From the NCBI GenBank assembly GCA_965199955.1, contig CBDATQ010000002.1, positions 1,216,001 to 1,280,000 of the forward strand: a stretch of DNA of 64,000 bases, read 5' to 3'. Shown here one piece after another: positions 17,020 to 27,011 of the stretch. Below the pieces are notes generated by a model. The model saw nothing but the letters and a program-made list of their open reading frames with translations, was not told the origin of the DNA and ran no database searches. The stretch is from Spirochaetia bacterium (GTDB lineage Bacteria > Spirochaetota > Spirochaetia > SZUA-6 > Bin103). The first letter of the stretch is position 1; every line of letters starts with the position of its first letter. The translations under genes were made by a program, and so were the position numbers.

Positions 17020-18104
17020 CGCCCCGAAACCGTCGCCTGCCGAGGACGGCCCGCGGCGAACGGCTCCGCTTTCGGCCCATCTCCATCTTTCGCTGCGGAA
17101 TCTGTCGGCGCGGGGCGATACGCAAGGTTGAGCCGAGCCAGCTCCAGCAGTCCGCGTGCCTGGTCGGGTTCCACCCATCCGTCGGGCGTGCTCCCCGCGG
17201 GGGTATCGGTGATGACGACCGGATGGTGCAGGCCGTGGGTGGCTGGCGCCAGTGCGGCGCGGCGGGCGCCGGCCGGCGTGGCGCCGGTCCCGGCGTCGAC
17301 GCGGCTCAGAGCGACCAGCGCGCCGCTCTGAACCCGCAGCACCGTGGCGAGGTGGCGCCCGTTCGGGAGGCGCCGGGTGCAGACTACGGCGGCATCGCCG
17401 CCGCCGGGCCGGAGCACCGCCTGCGGGACCGCGCCACGCTCCAGAGTTCGCAGGGTCCGGGTGAGTGCCGCCGCCTGCTCGTAGCGCCGCTCACCCGCTG
17501 CGGCGCTGATCCGGCGCCGCAGGGGCTTGAGGGCGGAGGTGTCGCCCCGCAGCAGCGCGACTGCCTGTGCCACGGCCCGGGTATAGCGATCCCGCCGCTG
17601 GGGTTCCTCGCAGACGGGGATGCAGTGACCGGCATGGTAGCGCGCGCATTTCCCCGTTCCGTCGAGGGTGCACGTGCGGAGCTGGAAGTAGTCGCTCACC
17701 GCGGCGATCAAGGCCTCGGTTTCCCGGTAGGAGAAGCACGGCCCGAACACCCGGTTGGGGTCGGAGGTCTCGGCGACCTCTGGCCGAACGCGCTCCAGCC
17801 GCGGAAACGGCCCTTCGCTCAAGCGCAGGTGCCACTGTCCCCGATCAAGCGGGTCGGCGCGATTGAGACGCGGTCCGTGGTCCCGGATGAGCGCGCTCTC
17901 CAGTACGGCCGCTTCGTACGAGGAGCGGGTGAGTATGACATCGACGGCTGCCGTTCGTGTGGCAACCGCCTGGCGACCGCGGCTGTCGAAATGGGAGCGG
18001 ACGCGGCGGCGCAGGTCGGTGGCCTTGCCGACGTAGATGACCTCGGCCGCCGCGTCCCGGAACAGGTAGCAACCGCTGGTGCGCGGTATGCCTTCGAGAT
18101 TCAC
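17016..18104 (-). CDS. UvrC N-terminal-like (Cho-like) GIY-YIG nuclease with UVR domain
   Basis: GCYLF...VIYVGKATDLRRRVRSHF, EAAVLESALI, PRLN, FGP, Cys cluster, ERRYEQAA; no C-terminal HhH region evident. Confidence 0.85.
   Translation of the reverse strand: MNLEGIPRTSGCYLFRDAAAEVIYVGKATDLRRRVRSHFDSRGRQAVATRTAAVDVILTRSSYEAAVLESALIRDHGPRLNRADPLDRGQWHLRLSEGPFPRLERVRPEVAETSDPNRVFGPCFSYRETEALIAAVSDYFQLRTCTLDGTGKCARYHAGHCIPVCEEPQRRDRYTRAVAQAVALLRGDTSALKPLRRRISAAAGERRYEQAAALTRTLRTLERGAVPQAVLRPGGGDAAVVCTRRLPNGRHLATVLRVQSGALVALSRVDAGTGATPAGARRAALAPATHGLHHPVVITDTPAGSTPDGWVEPDQARGLLELARLNLAYRPAPTDSAAKDGDGPKAEPFAAGRPRQATVSGR
17017..17108 (+). repeat. Dispersed hairpin repeat, copy 1 (with ~21-bp internal insertion)
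   Basis: First 24 nt identical to 34461-34484; then GGCTCCGCTTTCGGCCCATC...GGAATCTGTCGG colinear with 34485-34531. Confidence 0.85.
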
Positions 18105-18544
18105 CCCTGAGGCGGCCCGTCCTGAGACGACTCAGCCTGCCCCTCGGACGAGTCGGAGGGCTGCGGCGCCTCCGGAGCCGGCGCGGCTGCCTCAGCAGCG
18201 GCCCGGGGCTTGGGGCCCGGCTTGCGTCCGCGCCTGCGTGTGGTGGTCGTGGTTGCGGCTTTCGCCGCCTTGTTGGCTTTGTCGAATTCGGCCTTCGTGC
18301 AGCGCTGCAACTGCAGCGTGCGGTCCTGGCCGCGCGCCTTGCGGACCTTGACGTACTTCTTGGACTTGGCGGCCGCCTCCAGAAGCGCCTCCCGCCCCTG
18401 GTTGATGTCCTCTTTGGCGGAGAACTTCAGAAAGCCTACCTGCTTGTCAGGGAGGCGGTCGATGAAGCGACGGTACTGCGCGATGACCTTCGGGGGGATT
18501 CCGGCTGCCTCCTTGGTATCACCGGGGATGATGAGCGTCGGCAC
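18101..18544 (-). CDS. Basic hypothetical protein with AT-hook-like RRRGRKPGPKP segment
   Basis: GAGGTG RBS before GTG; Lys-rich; GTGA-type overlap with the Cho-like gene. Confidence 0.75.
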   Translation of the reverse strand: MPTLIIPGDTKEAAGIPPKVIAQYRRFIDRLPDKQVGFLKFSAKEDINQGREALLEAAAKSKKYVKVRKARGQDRTLQLQRCTKAEFDKANKAAKAATTTTTRRRGRKPGPKPRAAAEAAAPAPEAPQPSDSSEGQAESSQDGPPQG

Positions 18545-18599
18545 GTTTTCACCTCGTATTGTACGGAATGTAGGACTCTTCCAAGGAGAGTCTGCAGGG

Positions 18600-18608
18600 A
18601 TTATAGCA
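18600..18608 (-). promoter_or_regulatory. Extended -10 sigma70 promoter (TGcTATAAT)
   Basis: Minus strand reads TGCTATAAT about 55 nt upstream of the 18544 start. Confidence 0.7.
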
Positions 18609-18624
18609 CTTTCCTATCGCCATG

Positions 18625-18652
18625 AAAACCGGCGCCGCCAAGGTGGCGCCGG
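18625..18652 (-). terminator. Rho-independent terminator after glmS
   Basis: Minus strand CCGGCGCCACC-TT-GGCGGCGCCGG followed by TTTT. Confidence 0.6.
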
Positions 18653-18680
18653 CCACGCTTCGATCGGAGTTTCGCTCCGC

Positions 18681-20537
18681 TCACTCCACGGTGACGCTCT
18701 TGGCCAGGTTGCGCGGCCGGTCCACGTCATGGCCGCGCTGCAGAGCGGCGTGGTAGGCGATCAGTTGCAGCGGAACCGTGGTCACGAGTGGCGACAAGGG
18801 AGAGAGAACCCTCGGGACGAAGACGACGTCGTCGGCGACAGCCGCCAGGGCACTATCGCCCTCGGTGGCGATGGCGATCACATGGCCGCCACGCACGCGA
18901 ACCTCTTCGATGTTGGCGATGACCTTGTCGGTGGTGTTGTCGCGCGGCGCGACGAAAACCACCGGCATGCCGCGATCGATGAGCGCCAGCGGCCCATGTT
19001 TCATTTCCGCCGCGGGCATGCCCTCCGCATGAATGTAGCTCAGCTCCTTCAGCTTCAGGGCACCCTCGAGCGCCACCGGGAAGTTGACACCCCTGCCCAG
19101 ATAGAGCCAGTTCTGACGGTCGATGTGGCGTGCCACGAGCTCGCGGATTGCGTCGTCGGAGCGCAGGACCGCTTCGATTGCCCGAGGGCATGCGCGCAGG
19201 CCCTCCAGGATCTCCGTGCAGCGCTCCGCCGACAGATGGCGCTGGCCGCCGAGCAGGACGGAGAACAGGGTCAGGGCCGCTAGCTGGGACGTGAACGCCT
19301 TGGTGGAGGCCACGCCGATCTCGGGTCCGGCGTGCAGATACATGCCGGCCTGAGTCTCGCGCGCGAGTGTCGAGCCGACGACGTTGATCACCCCCAGCAC
19401 GGTCGCTCCCTTGGCGCGCATCTCGCTCATGGCGGCGATGGTGTCGGCGGTTTCGCCCGACTGGCTGATGAAGAGCGCGATCGTGCCGGCTTCGACGATC
19501 GCGTTGCGGTAGCGCAACTCGCTGGAGTACTCCACGTCGGTCGGCACGCGCGCGATTTCCTCGATCAGGTATTTCCCGACCAGACCGGCGTGCCAGGCGG
19601 TGCCGCAGCCGGCTATTACGATGCGCCGCAGATGGGAAGGAGAGCAGTCCACGCTTCCCAGGCCCCCGAGGGTCACGCCGCTTCCACTTGGGTCGATACG
19701 TCCGCGCAGCGTGTTCCTCAGCGCCTCCGGCTGCTCGTGAATCTCCTTCAGCATGAAGTGCGGGTAGCCGCCTCGTTCGATCTGCTCGAGCGACAGCTCC
19801 AGGCGTTCGATTTTCTTGCGCAGCGGAACGGCGTCGATCGTGCTGGCATTGAGGGTGTGGCCGTCGACGGTCACGACCTCGTTGTCATGCAGGTAGACCA
19901 CGCGGCTCGTGTGCTCGACGATCGCCGCGCCGTCTGAGGATATGAGGTGCTCGCCCTCGCCGATGCCGATCAGCAGCGGACTGCCGCGGCGAGCGGCGAT
20001 CAACAATCCCGGATACTCGACGCAGGAGACGGCGATGCCGAAGGTTCCCTGCACTTCGCGCAAGGCACCGCAGAGGGCGGTCAGCAGACCCTCGGGGCCG
20101 GAACCGGTTCCATCTTCGTACAGGAAGCCGATGAGCTGCACCAGCGCCTCGGTATCGGTGTCGCTCGCGAACGCGATCCCCTGCCCGGTCAGGTATTGGC
20201 GGATCGAGGCATGGTTCTCGATGATGCCGTTGTGCACCAGCGCGATCCGGCCGGAAGTGTCCAGGTGAGGATGGGCGTTGCGCTCGCTGGGGGCTCCGTG
20301 GGTTGCCCAGCGGGTGTGGGCGATGCCGCAGGTGGCCGGGACGCGGTCGTGCGCGGCCGAGGCGACCTGGCTCCGGAGCTCACGGACCGGCCCGACGGCC
20401 CGTGAAACGTACAGCTCGCCCGGGGAGACGAGCGCCACTCCAGCCGAGTCGTAGCCGCGATACTCCAGCCTTGCCAGGCCGGTGAGGAGCGGCTCGAGCG
20501 CACGCCTTGGCCCGGTATATCCGACGATCCCGCACAT
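18681..20537 (-). CDS. glmS: Glutamine--fructose-6-phosphate transaminase
   Basis: MCGIVG, LEYRGYDSAG, HTRWATHG, SQSGETAD, GVASTKAF, PRNLAKSVTVE. Confidence 0.98.
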   Translation of the reverse strand: MCGIVGYTGPRRALEPLLTGLARLEYRGYDSAGVALVSPGELYVSRAVGPVRELRSQVASAAHDRVPATCGIAHTRWATHGAPSERNAHPHLDTSGRIALVHNGIIENHASIRQYLTGQGIAFASDTDTEALVQLIGFLYEDGTGSGPEGLLTALCGALREVQGTFGIAVSCVEYPGLLIAARRGSPLLIGIGEGEHLISSDGAAIVEHTSRVVYLHDNEVVTVDGHTLNASTIDAVPLRKKIERLELSLEQIERGGYPHFMLKEIHEQPEALRNTLRGRIDPSGSGVTLGGLGSVDCSPSHLRRIVIAGCGTAWHAGLVGKYLIEEIARVPTDVEYSSELRYRNAIVEAGTIALFISQSGETADTIAAMSEMRAKGATVLGVINVVGSTLARETQAGMYLHAGPEIGVASTKAFTSQLAALTLFSVLLGGQRHLSAERCTEILEGLRACPRAIEAVLRSDDAIRELVARHIDRQNWLYLGRGVNFPVALEGALKLKELSYIHAEGMPAAEMKHGPLALIDRGMPVVFVAPRDNTTDKVIANIEEVRVRGGHVIAIATEGDSALAAVADDVVFVPRVLSPLSPLVTTVPLQLIAYHAALQRGHDVDRPRNLAKSVTVE

Positions 20538-20547
20538 CGCAGCCGGC

Positions 20548-21324
20548 TCAGATCGACGCGATCAGGCCACCGTCTACGAGCAGCGTGGCACCAGTCACCC
20601 ATTCCGCCTCGTCGGAGGCCAGGAAGACCGCGGCGTGCGCGATGTCTTCGGGTTTTCCGAGCCGTGGCATGGCGGTCTTCTCACGGACCGCCTGGATCTG
20701 CTGCGGGGTAAGGTAGTCCTGGATGGGCGTCTCGATGTAACCGGGGCAGATCGCGTTGACGGTGATCCCATCCGCCCCGAGCGTCAAACAGGCGTCGCGC
20801 GTCATGTTCACGAGAGCCGCCTTGGATGAGGCGTAGGCCGGTCCGGAACTGCCGCCGAAGGCGTGCACGGAGGCGATGTTGATCACGCGGCCGTGTGCGG
20901 ACGCGCGCAGATGGGGAACCGCGCACCGGGTGGCCAGAAATGGGGCACGGAGGTTGACGTCGATCACGCTCTCCCATTCTTCGTCGGTCTGCCGGTCCGC
21001 GGTGCCGACGATGCCGATGCCGGCGTTGTTGACCAGGATATCCACGCCGCCGAAGCGATCCGCGGCAAAGGAAACCATTGCGGCTATCTGCGCCGGTGAG
21101 GAGACGTCCGTGGCGATGAACACGGCAGTGCCGCCCTCGGCGTCGATCGATTCGGCGGTCGGCGGGCGCGGCTCGGTCTCGTGGTACTTTCCGCGCCGCG
21201 GCTCCTCGTGCACGTCGGCAACTACCACGCGGGCGCCTTCTCGGGCGAAGGCCACCGCTATTCCGCGGCCGATGCCGGTGCTGGCTCCCGTCACGATGGC
21301 GACGCGGTCGTCAAGTCTGCCCAT
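20548..21324 (-). CDS. SDR family oxidoreductase
   Basis: TGASTGIG, NNAG, YASSK, NAICPG. Confidence 0.93.
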   Translation of the reverse strand: MGRLDDRVAIVTGASTGIGRGIAVAFAREGARVVVADVHEEPRRGKYHETEPRPPTAESIDAEGGTAVFIATDVSSPAQIAAMVSFAADRFGGVDILVNNAGIGIVGTADRQTDEEWESVIDVNLRAPFLATRCAVPHLRASAHGRVINIASVHAFGGSSGPAYASSKAALVNMTRDACLTLGADGITVNAICPGYIETPIQDYLTPQQIQAVREKTAMPRLGKPEDIAHAAVFLASDEAEWVTGATLLVDGGLIASI

Positions 21325-22045
21325 GGGGCCCCTCCTCGAACAGTTCCAGGTTCACATTCGTGCCTATCGGCGGCGCGGGCGCCGGAAGAACGCACGCCGG
21401 CCCCTCGGCCTGCGCGTGGTTGACGGTGCGTGCGACCGGCTGCATGGTCATCTTGGCCGCCGGATAGGGACTCAGCAAGGCGCGCAGCTCGTCGGTGCTC
21501 CGTGAAGGATCCAGCCACCGATCGTAGCGGTCCGGCGCGATGATAACCGGCATGCGGTCGTGCAATGTTCCCACCAGCTCGTTCGGCTCGGTGGTAACGA
21601 TGGTAAAGGTCGCGCGTGCGGTGTCGTCTTCCCCGGCTCCGGAACCCCGCTCGTACAAACCGGCGTAGGCGAACGGGGCGCCGTCACGCAGCCGAATCCA
21701 GTGCGGTGTGCGCTCGCGTCCGCCCCATTCGTAGAACCCGTCGCTGGGGATCAGGCACCGGCGTCCGGCAAACGCTTCGCGGAATGCCGATCGCCGCTCC
21801 AGAGTCTCGGCGCGCGCATTGATGAGCCGGCCGGCGATGCTGCGGTCGCGGGCCCAGGCCGGCATCAGCCCCCACCTCAACGCATCCAGCACGCGCTGGC
21901 CGCGTTCCACCCGGATTGCGACGGCCGGCTGCGTCGGAGCGATGTTGTAGCGCGGCCGAAGCTCGCGAACCCGGGACTGCGCGCCGAACAGCGCGGCCAA
22001 GGCGGCCGCATCGAGGTCGGTCGTGAGCGTAAAGCGCCCGCACAC
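21311..22045 (-). CDS. SOS response-associated peptidase (SRAP/YedK/HMCES family)
   Basis: MCGRF, RYNIAPTQ, INARAET, RCLIPSDGFYEW, HDRMPVI. Confidence 0.95.
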   Translation of the reverse strand: MCGRFTLTTDLDAAALAALFGAQSRVRELRPRYNIAPTQPAVAIRVERGQRVLDALRWGLMPAWARDRSIAGRLINARAETLERRSAFREAFAGRRCLIPSDGFYEWGGRERTPHWIRLRDGAPFAYAGLYERGSGAGEDDTARATFTIVTTEPNELVGTLHDRMPVIIAPDRYDRWLDPSRSTDELRALLSPYPAAKMTMQPVARTVNHAQAEGPACVLPAPAPPIGTNVNLELFEEGPHGQT

Positions 22046-22049
22046 GACG

Positions 22050-23555
22050 CTACAGCTCCGTTACCAGCCCGCGTTCTTTCTGCAGTATGTCGTGCATTCC
22101 GCCTTCGCGCAGGCTGGTGGCGGAAACGACCGTCAAGCGAGCCCGGCGGCGAAGCTCGGGGACATCCAGCGCCCCGCAATTGCACATCGTCGCCTTGATC
22201 TTGGCGAGCGTCTGCTTGAGATTGGAGGCGAGCGAGCCGGCGTACGGCACATAGCCGTCGACCCCTTCCTCGAATGCCAACTGACCGTTGACCGCGTCAT
22301 ACCGCGCCCAGTTCTGCGCGCGGTTGGTGCCTTCGCCCCAGTACTCCTTGACGACGTTCGTGCCAAGGCGAATCTGCCGCCCCGGGCTCTCGTCGAATCG
22401 GGCGAAGTAGCGGCCCATCATCACGAAATCGGCGCCCATCGCGAGGGCGAGGACGATGTGGTAGTCGAAGACGATACCGCCGTCCGAGCAGATGGGGACG
22501 TAGCGTCCGGTCTCCTCGGCGTAGCGGTCCCGAACCGCGGCCACATCCAGCACCGCGGTTGCCTGTCCGCGGCCGATGCCCTTCTGCTCCCGCGTGATGC
22601 AGATCGAGCCGCCGCCGATGCCCACCTTCACGAAATCGGCGCCCGCGTCGGCAAGGTAGCGAAAGCCGTCCGGCTCGACGACGTTGCCGGCGCCGACCTT
22701 CACGGCCCCGCCGTACCGTTCGCGTACGAATGCCAGACAGTCCGCCTGCCACTCGTTGAACCCGTCGGAGGAGTCGATGCACAGCACCGAGGCGCCCGCC
22801 TCGACCAGGGGCGGCACCCGGTCGCGATAGTCGTGCGACGAGACGCCGGCGCCGACCACCAGTCGCTTCTCGTCGTCGATCAGCTCATCCGGATTCTCGC
22901 GGTGGTCGTCGTAGTCCCTGCGAAACACCAGATGCCGAAGGTGTCTTCCGCCGTCGATGATAGGCAGGCAGCTCAGGCCGTGCTCCCAGATCAGGTCGTT
23001 GGCGGCGTTGAGGGTGATGCCGTCATGGCCGACCACCAGACGGTCGAACGGTGTCATGAGGGTGTCGACGCGGGTGTCCGGGTCCTGCCGGTGCACGCGG
23101 TAATCGCGGCTGGTCAGGATGCCGAGCAGCGGGCCGTCCGGCCGCCCGTCCGCGGTCACCGCCATCGTGGTGTGGCCGGTGCGGCCGGCCAGGTCGATCA
23201 CGTCGCGCAGCGTGGCGTCCGGCGTGAGGTTGGAGTCGGAGACCACGAAACCGGCCTTGGACTTCTTGACACGCTGCACCATCTCCACCTGATGGTCGAT
23301 CGGCTGGGAGCCGTAGATGAACGCGATACCGCCGAAGCGCGCGAGCGCGACCGCCATGCGGTCGTCGGAGACGGTCTGCATGACTGCGGAGGCGAGCGGG
23401 ATGTTCAGTGAGATCGGTGCCGGCTCGCCGACGGCGTGGCTTACCAGCGGCGTCTGCAGCCGCACGTTGGCGGGCACGTTTTCCTTGCGGGTGAGGTTCG
23501 GCAGCAGCAGGTACTCGCTGAACGTCCGTGAGATCTCGTCGATGACGACTGCCAA
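22050..23555 (-). CDS. guaB: IMP dehydrogenase
   Basis: [14 protein letters not shown] region, [32 protein letters not shown]. Confidence 0.95.
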   Translation of the reverse strand: MAVVIDEISRTFSEYLLLPNLTRKENVPANVRLQTPLVSHAVGEPAPISLNIPLASAVMQTVSDDRMAVALARFGGIAFIYGSQPIDHQVEMVQRVKKSKAGFVVSDSNLTPDATLRDVIDLAGRTGHTTMAVTADGRPDGPLLGILTSRDYRVHRQDPDTRVDTLMTPFDRLVVGHDGITLNAANDLIWEHGLSCLPIIDGGRHLRHLVFRRDYDDHRENPDELIDDEKRLVVGAGVSSHDYRDRVPPLVEAGASVLCIDSSDGFNEWQADCLAFVRERYGGAVKVGAGNVVEPDGFRYLADAGADFVKVGIGGGSICITREQKGIGRGQATAVLDVAAVRDRYAEETGRYVPICSDGGIVFDYHIVLALAMGADFVMMGRYFARFDESPGRQIRLGTNVVKEYWGEGTNRAQNWARYDAVNGQLAFEEGVDGYVPYAGSLASNLKQTLAKIKATMCNCGALDVPELRRRARLTVVSATSLREGGMHDILQKERGLVTEL

Positions 23556-23570
23556 ATCGTTCCTCCCGGG

Positions 23571-24872
23571 TCAGGCAGGCGGAAGCCTGTCAGTCCCGGT
23601 CGGCACCCGATCCGTGCCGAGCGCCGGCCGCAGGGGCTCGGGTACCGTCAGGGTACCGTCGGCGTTCTGATGGGTCTCCAGCAGCGCCGGCAGCAGCCGG
23701 CTGGTCGCCAGGCCCGATGCATTCAGGGTATGCACGAAGCGGGTGCCGCCGGAGCCGCGCACCCGGGTGTTGGCGCGCCGCGTCTGGTAGTCCCGGGCGT
23801 TCGACGCGGAGCTCACTTCCTCGTAGCTGCCCGTGCTTGGCAGGTAGACCTCCAGGTCCAGGGTGCGCGCCATCGCCGACGAGGCGTCGCCGGCGGCCAG
23901 CCTGGTAACCCGGTAGTGCAGCCCCAGCCCCTGCACCAGCCGCTCCGCCCGGCCGATCATGTCTTCCAGCGCTTCTTCGGAGCGATCCGGCATCACGAAC
24001 TGAAACAACTCGACCTTGTTGAACTGATGCCCTCGCAGGGTGCCGCGGTCGTGGGTGCGGTAGGAGCCTGCCTCACGCCGGTAGCACGGCGTGTAGGCGA
24101 CGTATCGCCTGGGCATCTCCGACTCCTTCAGGATCTCGTCGGCGTGCAGGCTGGCCAGCGCGGTCTCCGAGGTCGGCAGCAGAAACGGCGCCTCGCCGCG
24201 CTCGGCGCCTTCCTGCAGGAAGTAGACGTCATCGACGCCGAATCGGGGGAACTGCCCGGCGTTGAAGCCGCAGCCATAGCTCAGCAGGTGCGGCGGCAGG
24301 ATCAACTCGAAGCCGTCGGCCACGTGCGTGTCGATGAAGTAGTTCAGCAATGCCCACTCCAGGCGCGCTCCCCAGCCGCGGTAGATCCAGAACCCGTGTC
24401 CGGCCAGCTTGACACCGCGCTCGTAGTCGACCAGGCCGAGCCTGCCTGCGAACGCCACGTGGTCCATGCCGGCCGCGCATGCGGCGGGCCGCTCGCCCCA
24501 CTCGTGGAGGGTCTGGTTGGCCTCCTTGCCGCCCGGCGGAACATCGGCATCCGGGAGGTTGGGCAGTCCGGCCAGCAGTTCGTCCAGCTCCTGCGTGACG
24601 GTGCCGAGCCGGGTCTCCAGCTCCTTGATCCGGTCGCCCACGGCGCGCATCTCGGCGATGAGCTCCGTCGCGTCGCCGCCGGCGCGCTTGATGCGCGGCA
24701 CCTCTCGCGACGCGTCGTTGCGCCGCGCCTTGAGCTGCTCCACGGATGTGATCAGTTCGCGCCGGGCAGCGTCGAGGTTCCGGATCGGTTGCAGGTCAAC
24801 GGTGTCCATCCGCTTGCGGAGCGCCTCGCGGACCGCGTCCGGCTCATTCCGGATCAGGGAGATGTCTATCAC
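23571..24872 (-). CDS. serS: Serine--tRNA ligase
   Basis: LLPTSET, CYRREAGS, GTLRGHQFNKVE, EEVSSASN, HTLNASGLATSR. Confidence 0.97.
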   Translation of the reverse strand: MIDISLIRNEPDAVREALRKRMDTVDLQPIRNLDAARRELITSVEQLKARRNDASREVPRIKRAGGDATELIAEMRAVGDRIKELETRLGTVTQELDELLAGLPNLPDADVPPGGKEANQTLHEWGERPAACAAGMDHVAFAGRLGLVDYERGVKLAGHGFWIYRGWGARLEWALLNYFIDTHVADGFELILPPHLLSYGCGFNAGQFPRFGVDDVYFLQEGAERGEAPFLLPTSETALASLHADEILKESEMPRRYVAYTPCYRREAGSYRTHDRGTLRGHQFNKVELFQFVMPDRSEEALEDMIGRAERLVQGLGLHYRVTRLAAGDASSAMARTLDLEVYLPSTGSYEEVSSASNARDYQTRRANTRVRGSGGTRFVHTLNASGLATSRLLPALLETHQNADGTLTVPEPLRPALGTDRVPTGTDRLPPA

Positions 24873-25573
24873 GTTGGGCCTGCCACCTTGGGGCCTGTCA
24901 TAGGTGGTGCCGAACGTATCATGCGGAACCGCTGTCGCACATCGGCCAGCCGTTCGCGCCAGCCCGCCGGTGTCCGGATCGTGCCCGCCACCGTCAGCCC
25001 GGCCGCCGCCTGGCGGAGGAGCGCGCGGCGCGTGTCGCCGTCGGCAACGCGATCACGCAGTTCCCTGCGCAGTTCGCCCAGCTCGTCGAGGAATGGAACC
25101 AGGTCGGAAGCGTCGATTACCCGCTCCAGCTCCCGGCGCAGAATCCCGGCGACGGAAGGGCTGGCGTTGCTGGTGGCTATGGCGATGCGGAGGTCGCCGC
25201 GGCTGACCACCGCCGGCATCCCCAGGTCCGACCGGTCGGGCTGGTCATACGTGGACAGCAGCACCCGCTCGCGCCGCGCCCAGGCAGCGACGGCCGGATG
25301 GGCGGGGTTGCCGTCGGTCAGCGTGCTGACCACCAGTCGGCGCCCGCGCAGATCGGCCGGCCGCACGGTCCTGCGCAGCCAGACGAGCCGACCGCTCACT
25401 GCCCATGACCGGATCTGCGGCTCCACCGCCGGGCTGACGACGGTGACTAGGGCCTCGGCGTCGAGCAGCCGCGCCGTCTTGTCCCGCGCCTCGTCCTCTC
25501 CGCCGATGACGAGCACCGGCTGACCTACCAGGTCCAGCCCGATCGGGAACAGTGGTCTCAGGGTGGCAGACAT
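24869..25573 (-). CDS. Precorrin-2 dehydrogenase/sirohydrochlorin ferrochelatase family (CysG N-terminal-like)
   Basis: FPIGLDL...VLVIGG, VTVVSP, PAVVSRGDLRIAIATSNASP. Confidence 0.8.
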   Translation of the reverse strand: MSATLRPLFPIGLDLVGQPVLVIGGEDEARDKTARLLDAEALVTVVSPAVEPQIRSWAVSGRLVWLRRTVRPADLRGRRLVVSTLTDGNPAHPAVAAWARRERVLLSTYDQPDRSDLGMPAVVSRGDLRIAIATSNASPSVAGILRRELERVIDASDLVPFLDELGELRRELRDRVADGDTRRALLRQAAAGLTVAGTIRTPAGWRERLADVRQRFRMIRSAPPMTGPKVAGPT

Positions 25574-25658
25574 GCCGTGAGCGTGGCCCCAGCGGCCGCG
25601 CGGCACAAGCCCGGCTGCGCCCGGGCCGCTTTGCCCGGCCCGCTGTGCCAGGCCCGTG

Positions 25659-25667
25659 TGATAGTCT
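25659..25667 (+). promoter_or_regulatory. Extended -10 box 6 nt before the start codon (candidate leaderless promoter)
   Basis: TGaTAGTCT-gcgccc-GTG with no Shine-Dalgarno. Confidence 0.45.
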
Positions 25668-25673
25668 GCGCCC

Positions 25674-26801
25674 GTGATCGACCTGCCCGCAGCCGACCGG
25701 TGCCGCTACGACCTGGTTTCAATGGGCGAGGTGCTTTGGCGGCTTGACCCGCGCGACGTTCCGCTGGCCCGCGTGCGCGATTCGATGCGGGTCTTTCAGG
25801 GTGGAGGTGAGACCAACGTCGCCTGTGGCGTTTCGGCGACGTTCGGCCTGCGTACCGCCGTCCTCACTGCGCTGGTGGCCGACGACATCGGCCGCAACAT
25901 CGGCAACCAGCTTGCGGAGGCGGGGGTCGATACGGGCCGGATCATCTGGTGGGACACCGCGCGCTCTTCAGACAGCCACAGCACGGACGCCAAGGGCACG
26001 GTGCACAACGGCATCTCGGTCACGTTCGCCGGCAAGGGCGTGCTGCCGTCGGAGACGCTCTACTACCGCGCCCACACCGCCGCCTCGCTGCTTGCGCCGG
26101 GAGACTTCGATCTGCAGGGGCTGTTCGCCCGCGAGGGGGTGCGGGTGTTCAACACGGGCGGCATTTTCACGCTGATCGGCGACCGCACCGCGCAGACCGC
26201 CATCGCAGCCGCGGAGGCCGCTCGGGCCGCCGGCACCTTCGTCGCCGCGGACCTCAACTACCGCTCCAAGGTAGAGCCCGACCGGGAACGGGCGCGCCGG
26301 ATCAATCGGCGCCTGATCCCGAGCATCGACTTTCTCGTCGGCAACGACTCGGATCTCGCCGATGCCTTGGGCTACGACACCCCCGATGGTGACGATCGTT
26401 TCGAGCCGTGGCTGGAGCGCTACCGGGCCACCATCGAACGGGTGGCCGCAGACTTTCCGCGCCTGCGCCTGATCGGTACGCAGTGGCGCGGCGCGCACGA
26501 CGCCGACGTGGTGAGTTGGGGTGCGGTGCTGTATGAAACCGCGACTCGCCGCTGGTACGCCGCCCCGGTCCGCGAGCGGGTGCACATAGCCGATCGCACC
26601 GGCGGGGGAGATTCCTTCACCGCCGGCGTAGTCAGCGCGCTCCTGCAGGGAAAGGACCTGCAGCAGGCGGTCGAGTGGGGCGCCGCGCACGGTATCCTGG
26701 TGCAGTCGACGCCCGGCGACACGACCATGGTCCGCCAGGAACAGGTGATCGCCGAGACGGAACGTGTCCGCCGGGGCGGCGGCGTGAAGGCCGCCCGATG
26801 A
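25674..26801 (+). CDS. PfkB-family sugar kinase (2-keto-3-deoxygluconate kinase-like)
   Basis: GGGETNVA, DLNYRSK, DRTGGGDSF. Confidence 0.9.
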   Translation: MIDLPAADRCRYDLVSMGEVLWRLDPRDVPLARVRDSMRVFQGGGETNVACGVSATFGLRTAVLTALVADDIGRNIGNQLAEAGVDTGRIIWWDTARSSDSHSTDAKGTVHNGISVTFAGKGVLPSETLYYRAHTAASLLAPGDFDLQGLFAREGVRVFNTGGIFTLIGDRTAQTAIAAAEAARAAGTFVAADLNYRSKVEPDRERARRINRRLIPSIDFLVGNDSDLADALGYDTPDGDDRFEPWLERYRATIERVAADFPRLRLIGTQWRGAHDADVVSWGAVLYETATRRWYAAPVRERVHIADRTGGGDSFTAGVVSALLQGKDLQQAVEWGAAHGILVQSTPGDTTMVRQEQVIAETERVRRGGGVKAAR

Positions 26802-26882
26802 ATCGGCCGGTAAGGCGCCCGATGAGTGCTTGCGCGCGGATGGAAGGCGGACCGTCGCGCCCGACCGGCCACACCCGCCCTG

Positions 26883-26913
26883 ATTTGTCGGGATTCCGGC
26901 AAATTCGTAGGAT
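26883..26913 (+). promoter_or_regulatory. Sigma70-like promoter overlapped by an inverted repeat
   Basis: TTGTCG-N17-TAGGAT (26885-26913); ATTTGTCGG-N4-CCGGCAAAT (26883-26904). Confidence 0.5.
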
Positions 26914-27011
26914 AGTGGTGATGAGCGAGCAGGTGAGCCGCCGGCGACGGTTCGCATGCGGTGGCGTGCCGGCTGCCAGGTCAGGCGTGCCGGATGGCGC
27001 GGAGCATTGCA

